A DNA stretch of 64,000 bases. Source: Octopus sinensis (Eukaryota). Location: contig NC_043007.1 of the NCBI RefSeq assembly GCF_006345805.1, forward strand, positions 35,030,001-35,094,000. Reading direction: 5' to 3'. The translations under genes were made by a program, and so were the position numbers. Under the pieces are notes generated by a model, which was not told the origin of the DNA, ran no database searches, and saw only the letters and a list, made by a program, of their open reading frames with translations. Below are positions 14,270-30,079 of this stretch, piece after piece (the stretch's first letter is position 1; each line of letters opens with the position of its first letter).

Positions 14270-14718
14270 GTATAAATGTATGTATATCATTATTCAGTTT
14301 TATTTCAAGATTTCTTGCCAATAGAGAACAAGCCGGTTTCTAGCTTAGATCCAAGGTTCCTCCATTGAAATTTCAACATCAACAGGGTATGTATGCATCT
14401 ATGTATGTATGTATGAATGTATGTATGTATATGTGTAGATTTGTATGTCTTCTCATGCATATTGTTGCATATCTCGACATGTTCATATATATTTAAATAA
14501 TAAACTTCAGGAAAGTTTTACAGATTTCTACAGTTCCTGTGATGGATTGGATCTGTGGTCTTCGACTCAGCTTTCTCCTTTCTGGTTTTGAGAAGGCTAA
14601 TTTCTCAAGATTGGTATTTAGGCAGTGTGTTACATATCCCAGGTCACCAATAATTATAGGTATAAACCTGAACTTATAATCTGGATAGAGTAACTGCAAA
14701 TTTCGCAGTAGTTCAGTA
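14270..14718 (-). mobile_element. 3' end of an RLE-type non-LTR retrotransposon (C-terminus and 3' UTR)
   Basis: ORF ELLRNLQLLYPDYKFRFIPIIIGDLG...GTVEICKTFLKF resembles the RLE C-terminus (PIIIGALG motif); the 3' UTR runs into (TACA)n. Confidence 0.7.
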
Positions 14719-14740
14719 TGTATAGGCGCAGTATGTATAG

Positions 14741-15140
14741 GCGCAGGAGTGGCTGTGTGGTAAGTAGCTTGCTTACCAACCACATGGTTCCGGGTTCAGT
14801 CCCACTGCGTGGCATCTTGGGCAAGTGTCTTCTGCTATAGCCTCGGGCCGACCAATGCCTTGTGAGTGGATTTGGTAGACGGAAACTGAAAGAAGCCTGT
14901 CGTATATATGTATATATATATGTGTGTGTGTATATGTTTGTGTGTCTGTGTTTGTCCCCCCACCATCGCTTGACAACCGATGCTGGTGTGTTTATGTCCC
15001 CGTCACTTAGCGGTTCGGCAAAAAAGAGAACGATAGAATAAGTACTGGGCTTACAAAGAATAAGTCCCGGGGTCGATTTGCTCGACTAAAGGTGGTACTC
15101 CAGCATGGCCGCAATCAAATGGCTGAAACAAGTAAATGAG
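14741..15140 (+). mobile_element. SINE family C, near full length
   Basis: GGAGTGGCTGTGTGGTAAG (A box), GGTTCAGTCCC (B box), TTGGGCAAGTGTCTTC body, GAAACAAGTAAATGAGT tail. Confidence 0.9.
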
Positions 15141-15627
15141 TAATGAGTAAATGAGAGTTCAGCATAGGTATTATCTTTTTTACATGTGTGTGTTTGTGTG
15201 TGTGTGCATGCGTGTAATAAAATTTGTGTAAAGGTCTTGTACTATGCTATGCAAAGCTTATCCACAGTTATTGCCCACCTGATGTAATCATACAGTAAGA
15301 ATGCTCCAGGAATTCCATAGCATCTGTAAAGTTTATTTAAATTGATAAATAATGGAAAATGTACTGTACGATATTATTTATTTAAAATCACTATAATTGT
15401 TTCTACAATTCGCTACATCCACAATACATTTGGTGAGTTGATATAATCAACGTATAGTGCAATCAGCGGTGTAAGATGTCGTTTCTTCAGGTAACTATTT
15501 TAAACAAGTTCTTTGCTAGATCATTCTGTCAGCTCACTCTGTGTGAAAATCAAAACCCAAAGCAGTGTGCTATTTTCAACAATATGTATGTGTGTGTGTG
15601 TGTATGTATATGTATATATATTATATA

Positions 15628-15690
<63 letters not shown>

Positions 15691-16459
15691 ATGGTGTGTG
15701 TATGTGTGTGTGTGTGTGTTGTGTGTGTGTGTATGTGTGTGTGTGGTGTATGTGTGTATGTATGTATGTAGGTTGTATGTATGTATGTATGTATGTATGT
15801 AAGTATGTATATCGAGAGAGATCTCAAACAATTGTCTTTCAAACAGTTTCTTCCTTCCATATTCCTTCATAAAGTGAGGGTCTGCCCGGAGCTATTTCTG
15901 AAGACACTTGCCTACGGCAGTACACAGTGAGATGGAACGCGAAACACGCGTCCACAACTTTTTGTTCCCGGGGTATCTCCAGGTATTAAGTGGCGCGTTG
16001 TAAATTGCAGAAAGTAGGTGTTTAGAAAGAGACAGATTCAGAAAATATCAATATTTGATAGATATGTTTTATCTCAGCTCATAACCATCAATTTGGATTT
16101 AGAGCAATAAATGCACGTAAGCTATTTATTGGTTCTGTAAGTCATATATAAACACGAAGATTAATAAATTTAGTGTAGTAATCTCTGGAGAACGATGTCA
16201 AGGGATTAGGGATAAAACTGGTGACATCCAAAACTACTTGTCTTTAGTCTTTAAAAACCGTTTTATGTGGGTATTAAACCTGCGTAGTAGCCGAATGTCA
16301 TTCGAATCACAAGATTGTGTTATAAAACGGGAAGAAACACTCTGAAAAATGTTTTAAATACTATCTTTGAAAAAAAAAAGATCGGACGCTCAGGGCTGGA
16401 ACGCTCTTCGATAGACCTAGAGTGTATCTAAGGTTAACAGCAAATCACCAAGAGCCATA

Positions 16460-16506
<47 letters not shown>

Positions 16507-16813
16507 GGTGGTGACGATGATGAGTGTATTCCACTGATGAAGGCAAAGCATTTCTTATGCAAACTCAGAAATCCGGGATCTAGAATTATCCAGTAATTTT
16601 TTGCTAGTTTATTTTGTCTGTTTGTCGTCTCTCCTGGTACTATATGAACATTTAATGTGGCTTTAGAGTCAAGTTTTGACTGCTTTTTCAAGCGTGGTGG
16701 TATCTCTTTGATACCTTTAAATTATAATTTTGAATAATTATTATTACCTTTGAAAGGTTTTTATTCCCATGCTGGCCACCTGATAAGATCGGTATTTTAA
16801 ATATCGATATTAT

Positions 16814-16905
<92 letters not shown>

Positions 16906-16934
16906 GTATATATATATGTATATAGTATATATAA

Positions 16935-16967
<33 letters not shown>

Positions 16968-17210
16968 ATACTAATAATATATATATATATATATATAATA
17001 TATATATATATGTTTGGTTAAAATAGAAAGATGAATAATCTTGTTGCAGATTAATCAAGGTTTAACGATACCTTGGTAGCAAAAATCACGGCAGAAGAAA
17101 GCACGGTTGGAGATAAAACCTTTTGGTGTTGCAACCGTGCGTTGGTGCGCATAATTGAATTTTAGTATTATTAGTGAATTGAAGAAATGGAGTTGAACGA
17201 AGATTGAACC

Positions 17211-17321
17211 GAATTCCTTTTATTGCATTCTACACATGTTTCAAAAGCCACAATTTTCCAAATTCTGATTAAATAAGGATCCCATATTGTGGCTTTCTCT
17301 TCAGGAAAAAAATAGGAATTC
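17211..17321 (-). ncRNA. Type I hammerhead ribozyme (mirror copy)
   Basis: Reverse complement of 17484-17594. Confidence 0.8.
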
Positions 17322-17483
17322 CGTTGGCAGAACAAAACAGAACAGAGGCGCAGCAAAGCAATTTGAACGAGCGGCTCTTTAAGAGCCCATGGGAGAACTG
17401 ATTATCAGTTCTCCCTGGGCTCTTAAAGAGCCGCTTCGTTCAAATGCTTTGCTGCGCCTCTGTTCTGTTTTGTTCTGCCAACG

Positions 17484-17594
17484 GAATTCCTATTTTTTTC
17501 CTGAAGAGAAAGCCACAATATGGGATCCTTATTTAATCAGAATTTGGAAAATTGTGGCTTTTGAAACATGTGTAGAATGCAATAAAAGGAATTC
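17484..17594 (+). ncRNA. Type I hammerhead ribozyme
   Basis: CTGAAGA 17501-17507; stem II GAAAGCCACAAT/ATTGTGGCTTTT; GAAA 17563-66; stem III ACA/TGT; GUA site 17572-74; stem I TTC/GAA extended by GAATTCCT/AGGAATTC. Confidence 0.8.
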
Positions 17595-17646
17595 TGTTCA
17601 ATCTTCGTTCAACTCCATTTCTTCAATTCAATAATAATACTATATA

Positions 17647-17729
<83 letters not shown>

Positions 17730-18289
17730 CAGGCTGGTCTTGTCTTTAATTGATATTATTTAGGGTATTTCCTGTTTCCATTTGTAAGGTGAGGGTTATT
17801 AGTCATATGCGTCATGGCTTCGTTAGTATAGAAAGTTGTTTCTCTTCTGCTATGATGTTCACAAAAGTATTTGAGTAAGCATTGTATAAATATGTTTTTC
17901 TCTAGGTGTGCGTTGTTCTATATGTTATTTTAATTAATATACCGGGATTTTAAACTTCCTGTTTTGTGGAGATAAAATTTGTTTAGTGTTTGTTTATAAA
18001 ATTTTTTCAAATTCTGTTCTAGATATATGGTAAAGTAGGGCTGATATAGAAGGTATCTACATATTCATGTAAAAAAAGGTTAGAACAAAAAAGAAAGGGT
18101 TCTTTCAGTTTGCTTGCATTCAAGTATACATTTTATTTGTATGTATGTATGTATGTTTGCAGGTTTATGTAGTTCTATTAGAAAATTTTTTGTGGGATTT
18201 TAGAGTACTTTTGGATAATTTCTAACGTACTTGTTTAGTGTAGAATTGTAAAGCTGCATGACAATTTTTTAAAAATTTTATATTGCGGG

Positions 18290-18600
18290 AATGGTTTAGG
18301 GTCTTTGTGGATGGAGCGGAGTTTAGTAAGATATAAGCAAGATTAGCCCTTAGAAAATATTATTGGTTTGAAATGTTTTAGTGTCTTTAAGATTTTGTGC
18401 TTGCATGAAGAGTTTCAGTTCAGGATTTGGTCCATAAATGTGGTAGGATTCATTTGTACAAAGTTAGCAGGGTTTCTTATTATCTGGGTATTGTTGCGCG
18501 TGAGAGGGTATTTTTTAAATTTTAAATGCCATATACGTTTGGATATTGACGTATCATTTTTCCAGTTTTGGGTTGCGAAAAAGTGTATGTGTGTTAGTTG
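18290..18600 (-). mobile_element. Decayed Penelope-like GIY-YIG C-terminal remnant
   Basis: TSISKRIWHLK...(frameshift) LCTNESYHI resembles the T.LS.YI.ELK...C.LC..E motif at 25213-25506; an inverted hammerhead-like motif lies at 18646. Confidence 0.4.
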
Positions 18601-18645
18601 TATCGTATCTTGAGCTGATGTTAGTTGTATCGTGTCTAATGCACC

Positions 18646-18690
18646 GCAATCCGACGATGGGTTAGCTGGCCGAAACATCGATGTCACTGT
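18646..18690 (+). ncRNA. Decayed minimal type I hammerhead
   Basis: GCAAT-CCGACGA-T-GG...CC-GAAA-CATCGATG-TC-ACTGT: palindromic stem III ACATCGATGT, GUC site, U4C core change. Confidence 0.5.
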
Positions 18691-18799
18691 TATCAACATT
18701 CTTGTATAAGAATGATAGATCTTTACTCTACAAAAGTATAGAGTACCCCATCAGATTAATGTAAGATAGTTTTTATTATAACAGAACATAAAAACAAAC

Positions 18800-18844
<45 letters not shown>

Positions 18845-19054
18845 TATATATATATGTATGTATGTATGTATGTATATATAGATGAAATTTACAGCAAAAT
18901 AAAAGACGAAGACAGGTGTATGAACAACAAGCAGGTGTATTAGTTTGACGCTCGGGAAAGTGACAAATCTTTTAGGTTTCGAGTCTACGCTCTTCAACAG
19001 AAAGGAATACGAGAAAATAAACAGAGAATTTTAAAAAAACTTGTAGATTCAGCA

Positions 19055-19112
<58 letters not shown>

Positions 19113-20189
19113 TAAGTATAGAAAAGCAGATACCTAGCTTTCGCATACATAAGGTCATTAAAATGAACTTAATAATATCTATTTGAAAAATTTCATATTT
19201 TGCAAAACTATATTCACAAGAAAATCCTTGCACGCACTGCCACTTAGAAGGATACAAAAAACTCTTGTTTTGTAATGTCGAATTACTTAATTGACATTCC
19301 CAGTTAGCCTCAAGTAGTAAACGTACAGTTTTCAGAACATTTAAATGTTTGAAATGCATTTTATTTCCAAATTTCATTTTAATATGTTAGAAATTTTTTT
19401 ATAACATTTGCATTCAATTATATTGATTTTTCCCCTTATTTTCTTCAAATAAATAGTTTACTTTCCCCCAAAACAAGGTTCATTGCAACATAACCCAACA
19501 GTGCATTATCATAACTAGTTTTATTTTGTTGCTGTTTAAAATTCATGTTATGTCCTCACTTTCCAATGATATCACAGAGGAACGTAACAACAGTGTTCTA
19601 CCCTGAAATCTGCTTTCAGCATAGTACTATGCTTATATATATATATAATATAGGATAAAATTTTTCGAAAAAGATTCTATCAATGGCCAGCATATTATAA
19701 AATACCTTAAAAGGTTACATTTAAAAACAACTTATAAACAAGGGCAAAATAAAAAAATTCTAATGCCAAATATGATGAAAATAGACTTAAATCGTCAATA
19801 ACCATATAATTCATTCCTTTGGGCATATTTGGCATTAGAATTTTTTCTTTTGCCCTTGTTTATAAGTTGTTTATATATATATATAACTAACTGGAAAATG
19901 TATATCTATCAGTGCTAGGAAATATTTACCTATATTGAAGGCCACCTCGGTGAGTAAGGGGGCGTAAACCAGATGACCTTCCTATTTCTATTATTCCTTT
20001 TCCTTACTGTTGGGCTAGTGATAGGTGTATATTTTATTTTTATATATTTTTTATGTATTTTTATATAATTTTTATGTGTGTGTGTGACGAAAAATGCGAG
20101 CGATGTATAAGTACGCAGGCAAGCAGAGTTATAACACAGTAATTTCCCTTTATTTAACGGTATTTTTTCATAGCGTTTTCAAATAGCCA

Positions 20190-20250
20190 GATAACCGAAG
20201 AGATGGTGTTGTGGATTTCCACTTCGGCATCTGAAACTCAGAGTTTTATC
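20190..20250 (+). ncRNA. Type I hammerhead-like motif (U4C)
   Basis: GATAA-CCGAAGA-GATG...CATC-T-GAAA-CTCAGAG-TT-TTATC: 5-bp stem I, 4-bp stem II, near-palindromic stem III. Confidence 0.5.
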
Positions 20251-20376
20251 TTGACTATCGAGTAATGTAACATATTATTGTATAGATAAATTTCCTCTAT
20301 TTACATAATATTGAGGTCTCTTTCTTTCTTTTGTTATCTTACCGTTTTATCAATATATATATATATATATATATAT

Positions 20377-20413
<37 letters not shown>

Positions 20414-20630
20414 TATATATATATGTATATATATATATGTTCCGTTTATTTAATCATTTAAGTATAACTTTTATTTTTAATCACTTGTTGGTTTCAGTTA
20501 CTGGGCTGCAGCCATGCCGAGGTACAGGTTTAAAGGGTTTAATCGAACAAGCACCCCCGCTCCAGTACTTATTTATAAGTCTGTACTTATTCTATTGGTC
20601 TTTTGCAGAACTGGTAAGTTACGGGAACCG

Positions 20631-20677
<47 letters not shown>

Positions 20678-21958
20678 CTCTCTCTCACGCACACACATGT
20701 ATATATTTATTATGTACATAATTATATATATATAAACGGGCTTCTACACAGTTTCCATCTATCAAATTCATTTACGAAGGATTTAGTAGAAGACACTTGC
20801 TCAAAGTACTGCAAGTCGGATATGAACCTGAAGCCACGTGATTCTCCTAAATTATAGGTTGGTATCATCTCCATGTACTGCATGGTACTCTCGAATTCTA
20901 AGCTAGCAGAAAGACCAGAGTATACCTTCTTCCACTTAATTAGCAATCTTTATTTATTTCTTCAATCTTTCTAGTATTACCTTTTACTGGTTTCAGTCAT
21001 TGGACTGCGGTCATACTGGGATAATATCTTGAAGTCTCTTCTTTTTTAGTTGAACAAAAGTCTTGTATTTATTCCATCGGTCTTTTTTTGTCAAACCGCA
21101 AAGTTACGGGGACAAAAACAAACCAACTTTGATTTTCAAGCGGTGGGGAGACAAACACAAAGGCACACAGACGCACATATACGACACGCTTCAATACAGT
21201 TTCCGTTTACCAAATCCGTGGCTATAGCAGAATACATTTGCTCCCAGCTATCTCACTATGCGCTGTTGAACTGAGCCTGACACCAAATGGTTGCAAAGCG
21301 AGTTAACCACACGGCTAATGCTTACACCTACTTCACTTCATTTTTCATTATTCGCTTCTTTATATTCCACACTCTTGCGTTGATATTTTAATCCATTGTG
21401 CGTATTTATCTTCATACACTTCCATTTAAGCTGATAGGTCTTCTGTCTTTGTGCAGCGTTCTTCATTCTATAATTCGTATCTTCCGACACATGACAAATT
21501 GTTCTCAATTACTAATTGAAGCTTGCGTACATTGTTCAGTTGACACATACTGGTAATAACTACTCATATTTTAAGATAAGAACAACATATTGTAATCCAG
21601 CAAGTGTTCTGGATTTTTTTGCAATATAACTAAGAGAAAAATTCTGTTACATATTCATCTGCAAAATATTTCCTATAAAGGTTTCTATATGCATATTGTA
21701 ATACATTTCCTAGAGGCGGAGATAATTTAAATAAATCAAGAATTTTTGTTATAAGGTATTAACATGCTGCTATTTGTCTACGTATTTCAAATACATGCCC
21801 CTAGCCATTTCGAGTTATTATTCTTTGCTCATTTTTTCATAAGTGTGTGTGTATGCGCATAATGTGTGTGTGAGCGTGTCCGTGTGTCCGTGTGTGAAAA
21901 ATATCTCTGTATGTGTATACGTATGTGAGCATGTAATGTTTATGTACAGATATATGTA

Positions 21959-22015
<57 letters not shown>

Positions 22016-22450
22016 TAATATATGTATGTATGTATGCATGCATGTATGTATGTATGTATGTATGTATGTATGTATGTATGTATGTATGTATGCATGCATG
22101 TATGATATGAATGTATGTATGCATGTATGAAGAGAGGAGACAGAAAATGGATTTCACGAAACTATATTCAGAGCCACTACCATCTTATCGATTCATCATG
22201 CACCTTACAGGTGAGATACTGTACAATCGATCGTGATGCAAAAATGAAGTAAATCCAGAGGCATATACCTCCATACTGTTGTTGTCATCAGGTAGCCGAA
22301 TACTGTGAACGGGCTTTAAACAACATACTACAAGGTGCATACCAAATAAAAATTGTTACTATATATCATGATGATGCCAATCACATAAAAATAGCCATCT
22401 AAAAGGTTATTACACTGGTGGTACTCCAGCATGGACACAGCCTTTGTGCT

Positions 22451-22523
<73 letters not shown>

Positions 22524-22559
22524 TCTTTTACTTTTTTACTTGTTTCAGTCATTTGACCT

Positions 22560-22900
22560 TTCTCAAGGTCATACTCGTTTGCGGACACCACTATATTGGA
22601 CAAACGAGTATGACCTTGAGAAAGAAAACCACTCTACATAAAGAGCAAATCCGTTTCCTGCAATACAGACAAATTCCTATCAGTGAACATATAGAAAAAT
22701 GTGCAGGTAATATCAAACCGAATTTCACAGTCTTCCCCTTCTACCAGTGCAAAGACACAATCTCTCAACTAGAACGTTTAAATAAAGAAACTTTTTTCAT
22801 TGAAAAATACAGAACGCGTCTTAATATGCACGCATAACCAACTTTTATCTTTTTGCGTATTTCATCACTACGTAAATCCCCTCACTAAACAAGGTTTTTG
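22560..22900 (+). mobile_element. Penelope-like element 3' fragment (GIY-YIG endonuclease)
   Basis: [16 protein letters not shown]...HKEQI...FYQC...KETFFIEKYRTRLN; homologous to 35110-35578. Confidence 0.8.
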
Positions 22901-22944
22901 AAACTCTGTCTGTACACATATATATTCCCCTCCCATTACCTATT

Positions 22945-23170
22945 TCTTTATTACCCACAAGGGGCTAAACATAGAGAGGACAAACAAAGACAGACATAGG
23001 TATTAAGTCGATTACATCGACTCCAGTGCGTAACTGGTGCTTAATTTATCGACCCCGAAAGGATGAAAGGCAAAGTCGACCTCGGCGGAATTTGAACTCA
23101 CAACGTAACGGCAGACAAAATACCACAAAGCATTTTGCCCGGCGTGCTAACGCTTCTGCCAGCTCGCCGC
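22945..23170 (-). mobile_element. SINE family D
   Basis: Reverse complement of GGCGAGCTGGCAGAAGCGTTAGCACG...GAGTTCAAATTCCGCCGAGGTCGACTTTGCCTTTCATCC. Confidence 0.85.
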
Positions 23171-23490
23171 CTTTACCGAACAGTTATCTCCCCTTACCCA
23201 CAACAATAACAATAATAATGACAACCAATTACCTCACTTTATTTATCTACTTGTGAAGTCACTCTCTCGTGAATTTCATCACACACAACATGGATAAACT
23301 TTCTTCTTAAAAAATATTCGTATATATTCAAATATGGAAAACATAGTATCATGAATAGCGATAGCGAAACCGGTCGATGTATTAATAATTATATTAAAAC
23401 TATGTAAGTGTGAGCATTTTCCTTTTTTAATTTCTTATATACATTAAAACCCACCACCTGGGGATAATCGAAATTCCTCTTTTCTGTTAC

Positions 23491-23534
<44 letters not shown>

Positions 23535-23561
23535 ATATATATATATATATTATATATATAT

Positions 23562-23640
23562 ATTTATTTTATAGAAGGAGTTTCTACAGGACTAGAACAA
23601 ACAGTTCTAGTCCTGTAGAAGCTCCTTCTATAAAATAAAT
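23562..23640. repeat. 37-bp-arm hairpin with 5-nt loop
   Basis: ATTTATTTTATAGAAGGAGTTTCTACAGGACTAGAAC-AAACA-GTTCTAGTCCTGTAGAAGCTCCTTCTATAAAATAAAT; one T/G mismatch. Confidence 0.9.
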
Positions 23641-23705
23641 TAATTTACTCTGCTATGTATTGAGTACCTTATTTACTGTGGTTAACCCCTACTCAACCCG
23701 GGACC

Positions 23706-23748
<43 letters not shown>

Positions 23749-24846
23749 GTATATAAATAAAGCAAAAACACATATATATATATATCAAGTGATATTCCTA
23801 AGGGGATATTATTTTAGTATAATACATATGAGAGTTAATTTATCACAAATTTATTAAAAAACCAAAATATTATATAACATTATGGGGATATTATATTTTA
23901 ATATAATGTATATGAGAGATAAGTAATTACAAATTTATTTTTAAAATCCCTAATAAAATATTACATGTATAAGTCTAACTATGGGAATTATTAATATATT
24001 TACTAACTTATATGGGTAGTAAATGGTTAAAAATATATGCCGGAAGCCAGCTGGACAAAACTCATAGAAGGGACAAAACAGCAAAAGTGACCGTATGTAT
24101 CGTCTCATCATGTAGTTTATCGCTAAAATTACGTCCAAAATTCATTCTCCGAATCCTCACATATCCTCTTCTATAAATAACTATACCTACATAGTACCAA
24201 ATTGTAATCATTATCGCTAAAAATATGTTCAAAAACTTATTATATCTGACAAATTGCCTCAAATTATGTTCAAAATCTATTATATCTGACAAATTGCTTC
24301 AAATGTAAGACTCCATCTGACAAATTGCCTCAAATGTAAGACTCCAACTGACAAAATGCCTAAAATGCAAGTGTTCATGTGATATTCCTAAGTCACGTAA
24401 TTAATAAACTCCTTAGTTGTTTAGTCCTTAAAATATCTATCCATCTATTTATTTATCTAATTACTTTTAATGTTATATTTAAGAGATGCAGTGGAGTTGG
24501 GAGTTTTTTTATAAAGAGAGCTCAAACAACTTACTAATCAGCCAACCAATTAATTAAATAATTAATTAATCAATCAATCAATCCAATCACTCGTTCTATA
24601 ATGTAGTTGCATTTCATAGTCTCTATTCATATACATACATATGCATAGATAATACTAATATATATATGCATGCATATATATAACCATATATACATATGTA
24701 CATACACACACATACACATACATACCCACATACACATATATATATCTCCACACACATATCAGCAGAAAACAAAAACATTTACATTTTTATCTTAATCTAC
24801 ATACATGTGCATGCATACATAAATGTATACATATATAATTGCTTGC

Positions 24847-24887
<41 letters not shown>

Positions 24888-25212
24888 AATATAAATACAT
24901 ACCTACATAAACCTTCATATATGTGTACGCATATATAAATATATGCATATACATACACATACATACAAGTGTTTGCACAAATATACACACACATCCATAT
25001 ATAAATACAAAAGTAGTATCTATAGTAACAAATACTCACATATACATGTATGTATATAATTATATAATTATATCAAACTTAATATATACCTTCATTTATA
25101 TATATATCTGCATAATTATCACACATGACATAATACAAAATATAGTAACAATGGTTAACCCTAAATAATTAATACTATTATTATGTCAGTAGGGGTATTT
25201 TAATACTAGGTT

Positions 25213-27239
<2,027 letters not shown>

Positions 27240-27240
<1 letters not shown>

Positions 27241-27649
27241 TTAATCACACTACACAACACAACACATCACATCACAACACACCACCACCCTCACATCAAT
27301 ACTGACCAATTCCCATCCCCACATTTTCACACCTACACATACACACACGCACACCTCATGATCACCAGCCCTCTTTCACACGCACATACGTACTTTCTTA
27401 CACACACGCGCACCTTCATTTTGCGATCACTACTACTTTGTTATCTCCCCTACTTCTTCGCTCTCCTGTGTGACCCTTCTGTCCGCCACTACACACACAT
27501 TTTCTCTCTCCTTGTTTCTTTCTGTGTTCCTTTCTGTGGACGAGCGTAGGCTCGAAACGTTAAAGACCTTTTCAATTCCCGAGCGTTATACTAATACATC
27601 TGTTTGTTTTCTACACCACCTGTCTTCGTCTTTTGTGTTTTTCGTGAAT

Positions 27650-27650
<1 letters not shown>
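27240..27650 (+). mobile_element. Penelope-type terminal repeat fragment with variant hammerhead
   Basis: CTTT-CTGTGGA-C-GAG-CGTAGG-CTC-GAAA-CG-TT-AAAG at about 27530-27565; related fragments on the minus strand at about 18900-19030 and 31500-31590. Confidence 0.55.
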
Positions 27651-27731
<81 letters not shown>

Positions 27732-28179
27732 GGCTATATTAAATCTCTGACCGTGACATAAACAGTTGCAATACGGAATCGTAACACATAATTGCCAATC
27801 AAGTGTGGCAGGAAAGTGCTACTGACGATTGTAGCCCCAGGAAGACATCTCTTGAAGCTGGCTAACGACACACATTTTGTGTCCGATTAGTATTTGCGAG
27901 GGGAGGTCATCGCTCCCATCTCTAACCTTACGTGATACACACGGAATCGAGTTTCTGGGTGGTTACCCGTCCTCAGCGTGTGTTAATCCTTCAGTTTCCA
28001 TCTACCAAATCCACTCACAATCTTTTGGCCGGCCTGAGACTATAGTATAAGACACTTGCCCAAGATTCCACACAATGAGACTGAACTCGGAACAATGTGG
28101 TTGGAAAAGAAGATTGTTACCACACAGCCACGCCTATACACATATACACACGGACTCACACTCATACTCTTACACACAC

Positions 28180-28255
<76 letters not shown>

Positions 28256-28671
28256 TGCATATATACATATACCTATGCGTATATATTCGTTATTTTTTCC
28301 TATATAATGTTATTATTTTGGTATCAGTAGACTATATGTACCGTTTTACCCATTACACATTTCAATATATTCAAAATATTTATCATATGAACACTTTAGT
28401 TCTATAATTTATTTTCTCTGAAATCCAACCTCTTAAGAACTCCATTTCATATTTTCAATAAATTCTATATAATTACACAATTATTTAGCAATTTTTCAAA
28501 TTTGTTATAAATTTATTTCTCATGATCATTATCTATGAGACATTATCAACGTATATTTAATATTGAAACGTCACAGACTGCAATGGTCTCCTCGGCAAAA
28601 ATCCTTTTATACATGTAGTTTGTTAAAAGCATTTGATACTTTAGAGGTTGTAAATTGTGTTTTTAACAAAA

Positions 28672-29056
28672 TCTCTCTATATATAAGGCTGAAGTTGTCT
28701 GTGTATGGCAGGTTTGTTCAACTAACACTATCTCCTCCGAGACCCTGCGGGGCAAGTTGACCAAAATTGAGAGTATGATAGAAGAAGGCTTGCTCTTCCT
28801 TCTGTAGAAGAAAAAAATCAAATCGGACCATGTCAACACCAAAAATTATTTACATCAAAAAGGTGTTTTTTTCTATGAAAATCCCTATTTTTTATGATTT
28901 TTTGACTGCTGTGTCGCCATTTTTCGTTGTATTTCAACCAGAAAAATGTTCACTTAAAGAGAATAACAAGCTACATAATGCAAAATTTTTACTTTTCAAA
29001 AATTTCAGTTCTAAAGGGTTGAAACAAACCCGAGCAACGCCGGGCGATACTGCTAG
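28672..29056 (+). mobile_element. Non-autonomous Helitron
   Basis: A|TC start, subterminal hairpin CCCGAGCAACGCCGGG, CTAG|T end. Confidence 0.75.
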
Positions 29057-29251
29057 TACATTTATAAAGGGATCTTTTCCGATAACACATTGCAGCCTCT
29101 AACTTTTCAACGATATCAATATGTCGAAGAGATTAAGATTTTAATCTAGAGTTGCTTCTGCTGCATAAGTTGAATATCTCTTATGATTTTTATTTTTTAG
29201 ATACATCTGTTAATAAGTATAGGCTTAGGCATGGCTGTGTGGCACGAAATT

Positions 29252-29645
29252 TGGCGAGCTGGCAGAAACGTTAGCACGCCGGACGAAATGCTTAGCGGTA
29301 TTCGTCTGTCTTTACGTTCTGAGTTCAAATTCCGCCGAGGTCGACTTTGCCTTTCATCCTTTCGGGGTCGATAAATTAAGTACCAATTACGCACTGGAGT
29401 CGATGTAATCGACTTAATCCGTTTGTCTGTCCTTGTTTGTCCCCTCTATGTTTATCCCCTTGTGGGTAGTAAAGAAATAGGTATTTCGTCTGTCTTTACG
29501 TTCTCAGTTCAAATTCCGCCGAGGTCGTCTTTGCCTTTCATCCTTTCGGGGTCGATAAATTAAGTACAAGCTATGTACTGGGATCGATGTAATCGATTTA
29601 ATCCCTTTGTCTGTCCTTGTTTGTCTCCTCTATGTTTAGCCCCTT
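29252..29645 (+). mobile_element. SINE family D with tandemly duplicated 3' part
   Basis: Head GGCGAGCTGGCAGAAACG; the segment from GTATT(T)CGTCTGTCTTTACG to the GAAATA tail occurs twice. Confidence 0.85.
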
Positions 29646-30079
29646 GTGGGCAATAAAGAAATAAGAAACTTGTTTCCCAACTACATGATTTCGAGTTCAA
29701 TCTTATTGCGGGGTACTTTGTGCAAATGTCTTCTACTAAAGCTCCAAACTGCCCAAAGCCATCTACATGAATCTGGTAGAAGGAAATTGAAAGAAGCCGG
29801 ATGTGTGTGTGTGTGTTTGTGTGTGTTTGTTTGTGTGTGTGTGTGTGTGTTTAAACCCACCAACTCAGGACAACCGATGCTGGTTTGCATACGCTTCCGT
29901 AACTTAGAGGTTCCACAAAAAGAGTTCAATAAAATAAAGTACTAGACTTTTTAAAAAGTCAGTACTGGGGTTAGTTCGTTCTATTGAAACAAATAAACGA
30001 GTAAAAGAACAGAGGAAAACATTTTGTACAAGTCCTTAATCTGATGGTAGATTTTGTTATCCCGTTCATCACTTTTTAT

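Larger units (their letters stand above)
17163..17642. repeat. About 480-bp near-perfect palindrome (inverted Penelope-type terminal repeat pair)
   Basis: Arms of about 240 bp are reverse complements around 17403, with a few substitutions and single-base indels. Confidence 0.95.

Noticed and set aside
17171-17634. Mirror-image ORFs LRLCSVLFCQRN...
   Set aside because: A palindrome artefact.
22140-22410. Unique-looking segment with possible splice sites (CAG|GTGAG at about 22210)
   Set aside because: Short frames on both strands, no recognisable peptide, no consistent exon boundaries.
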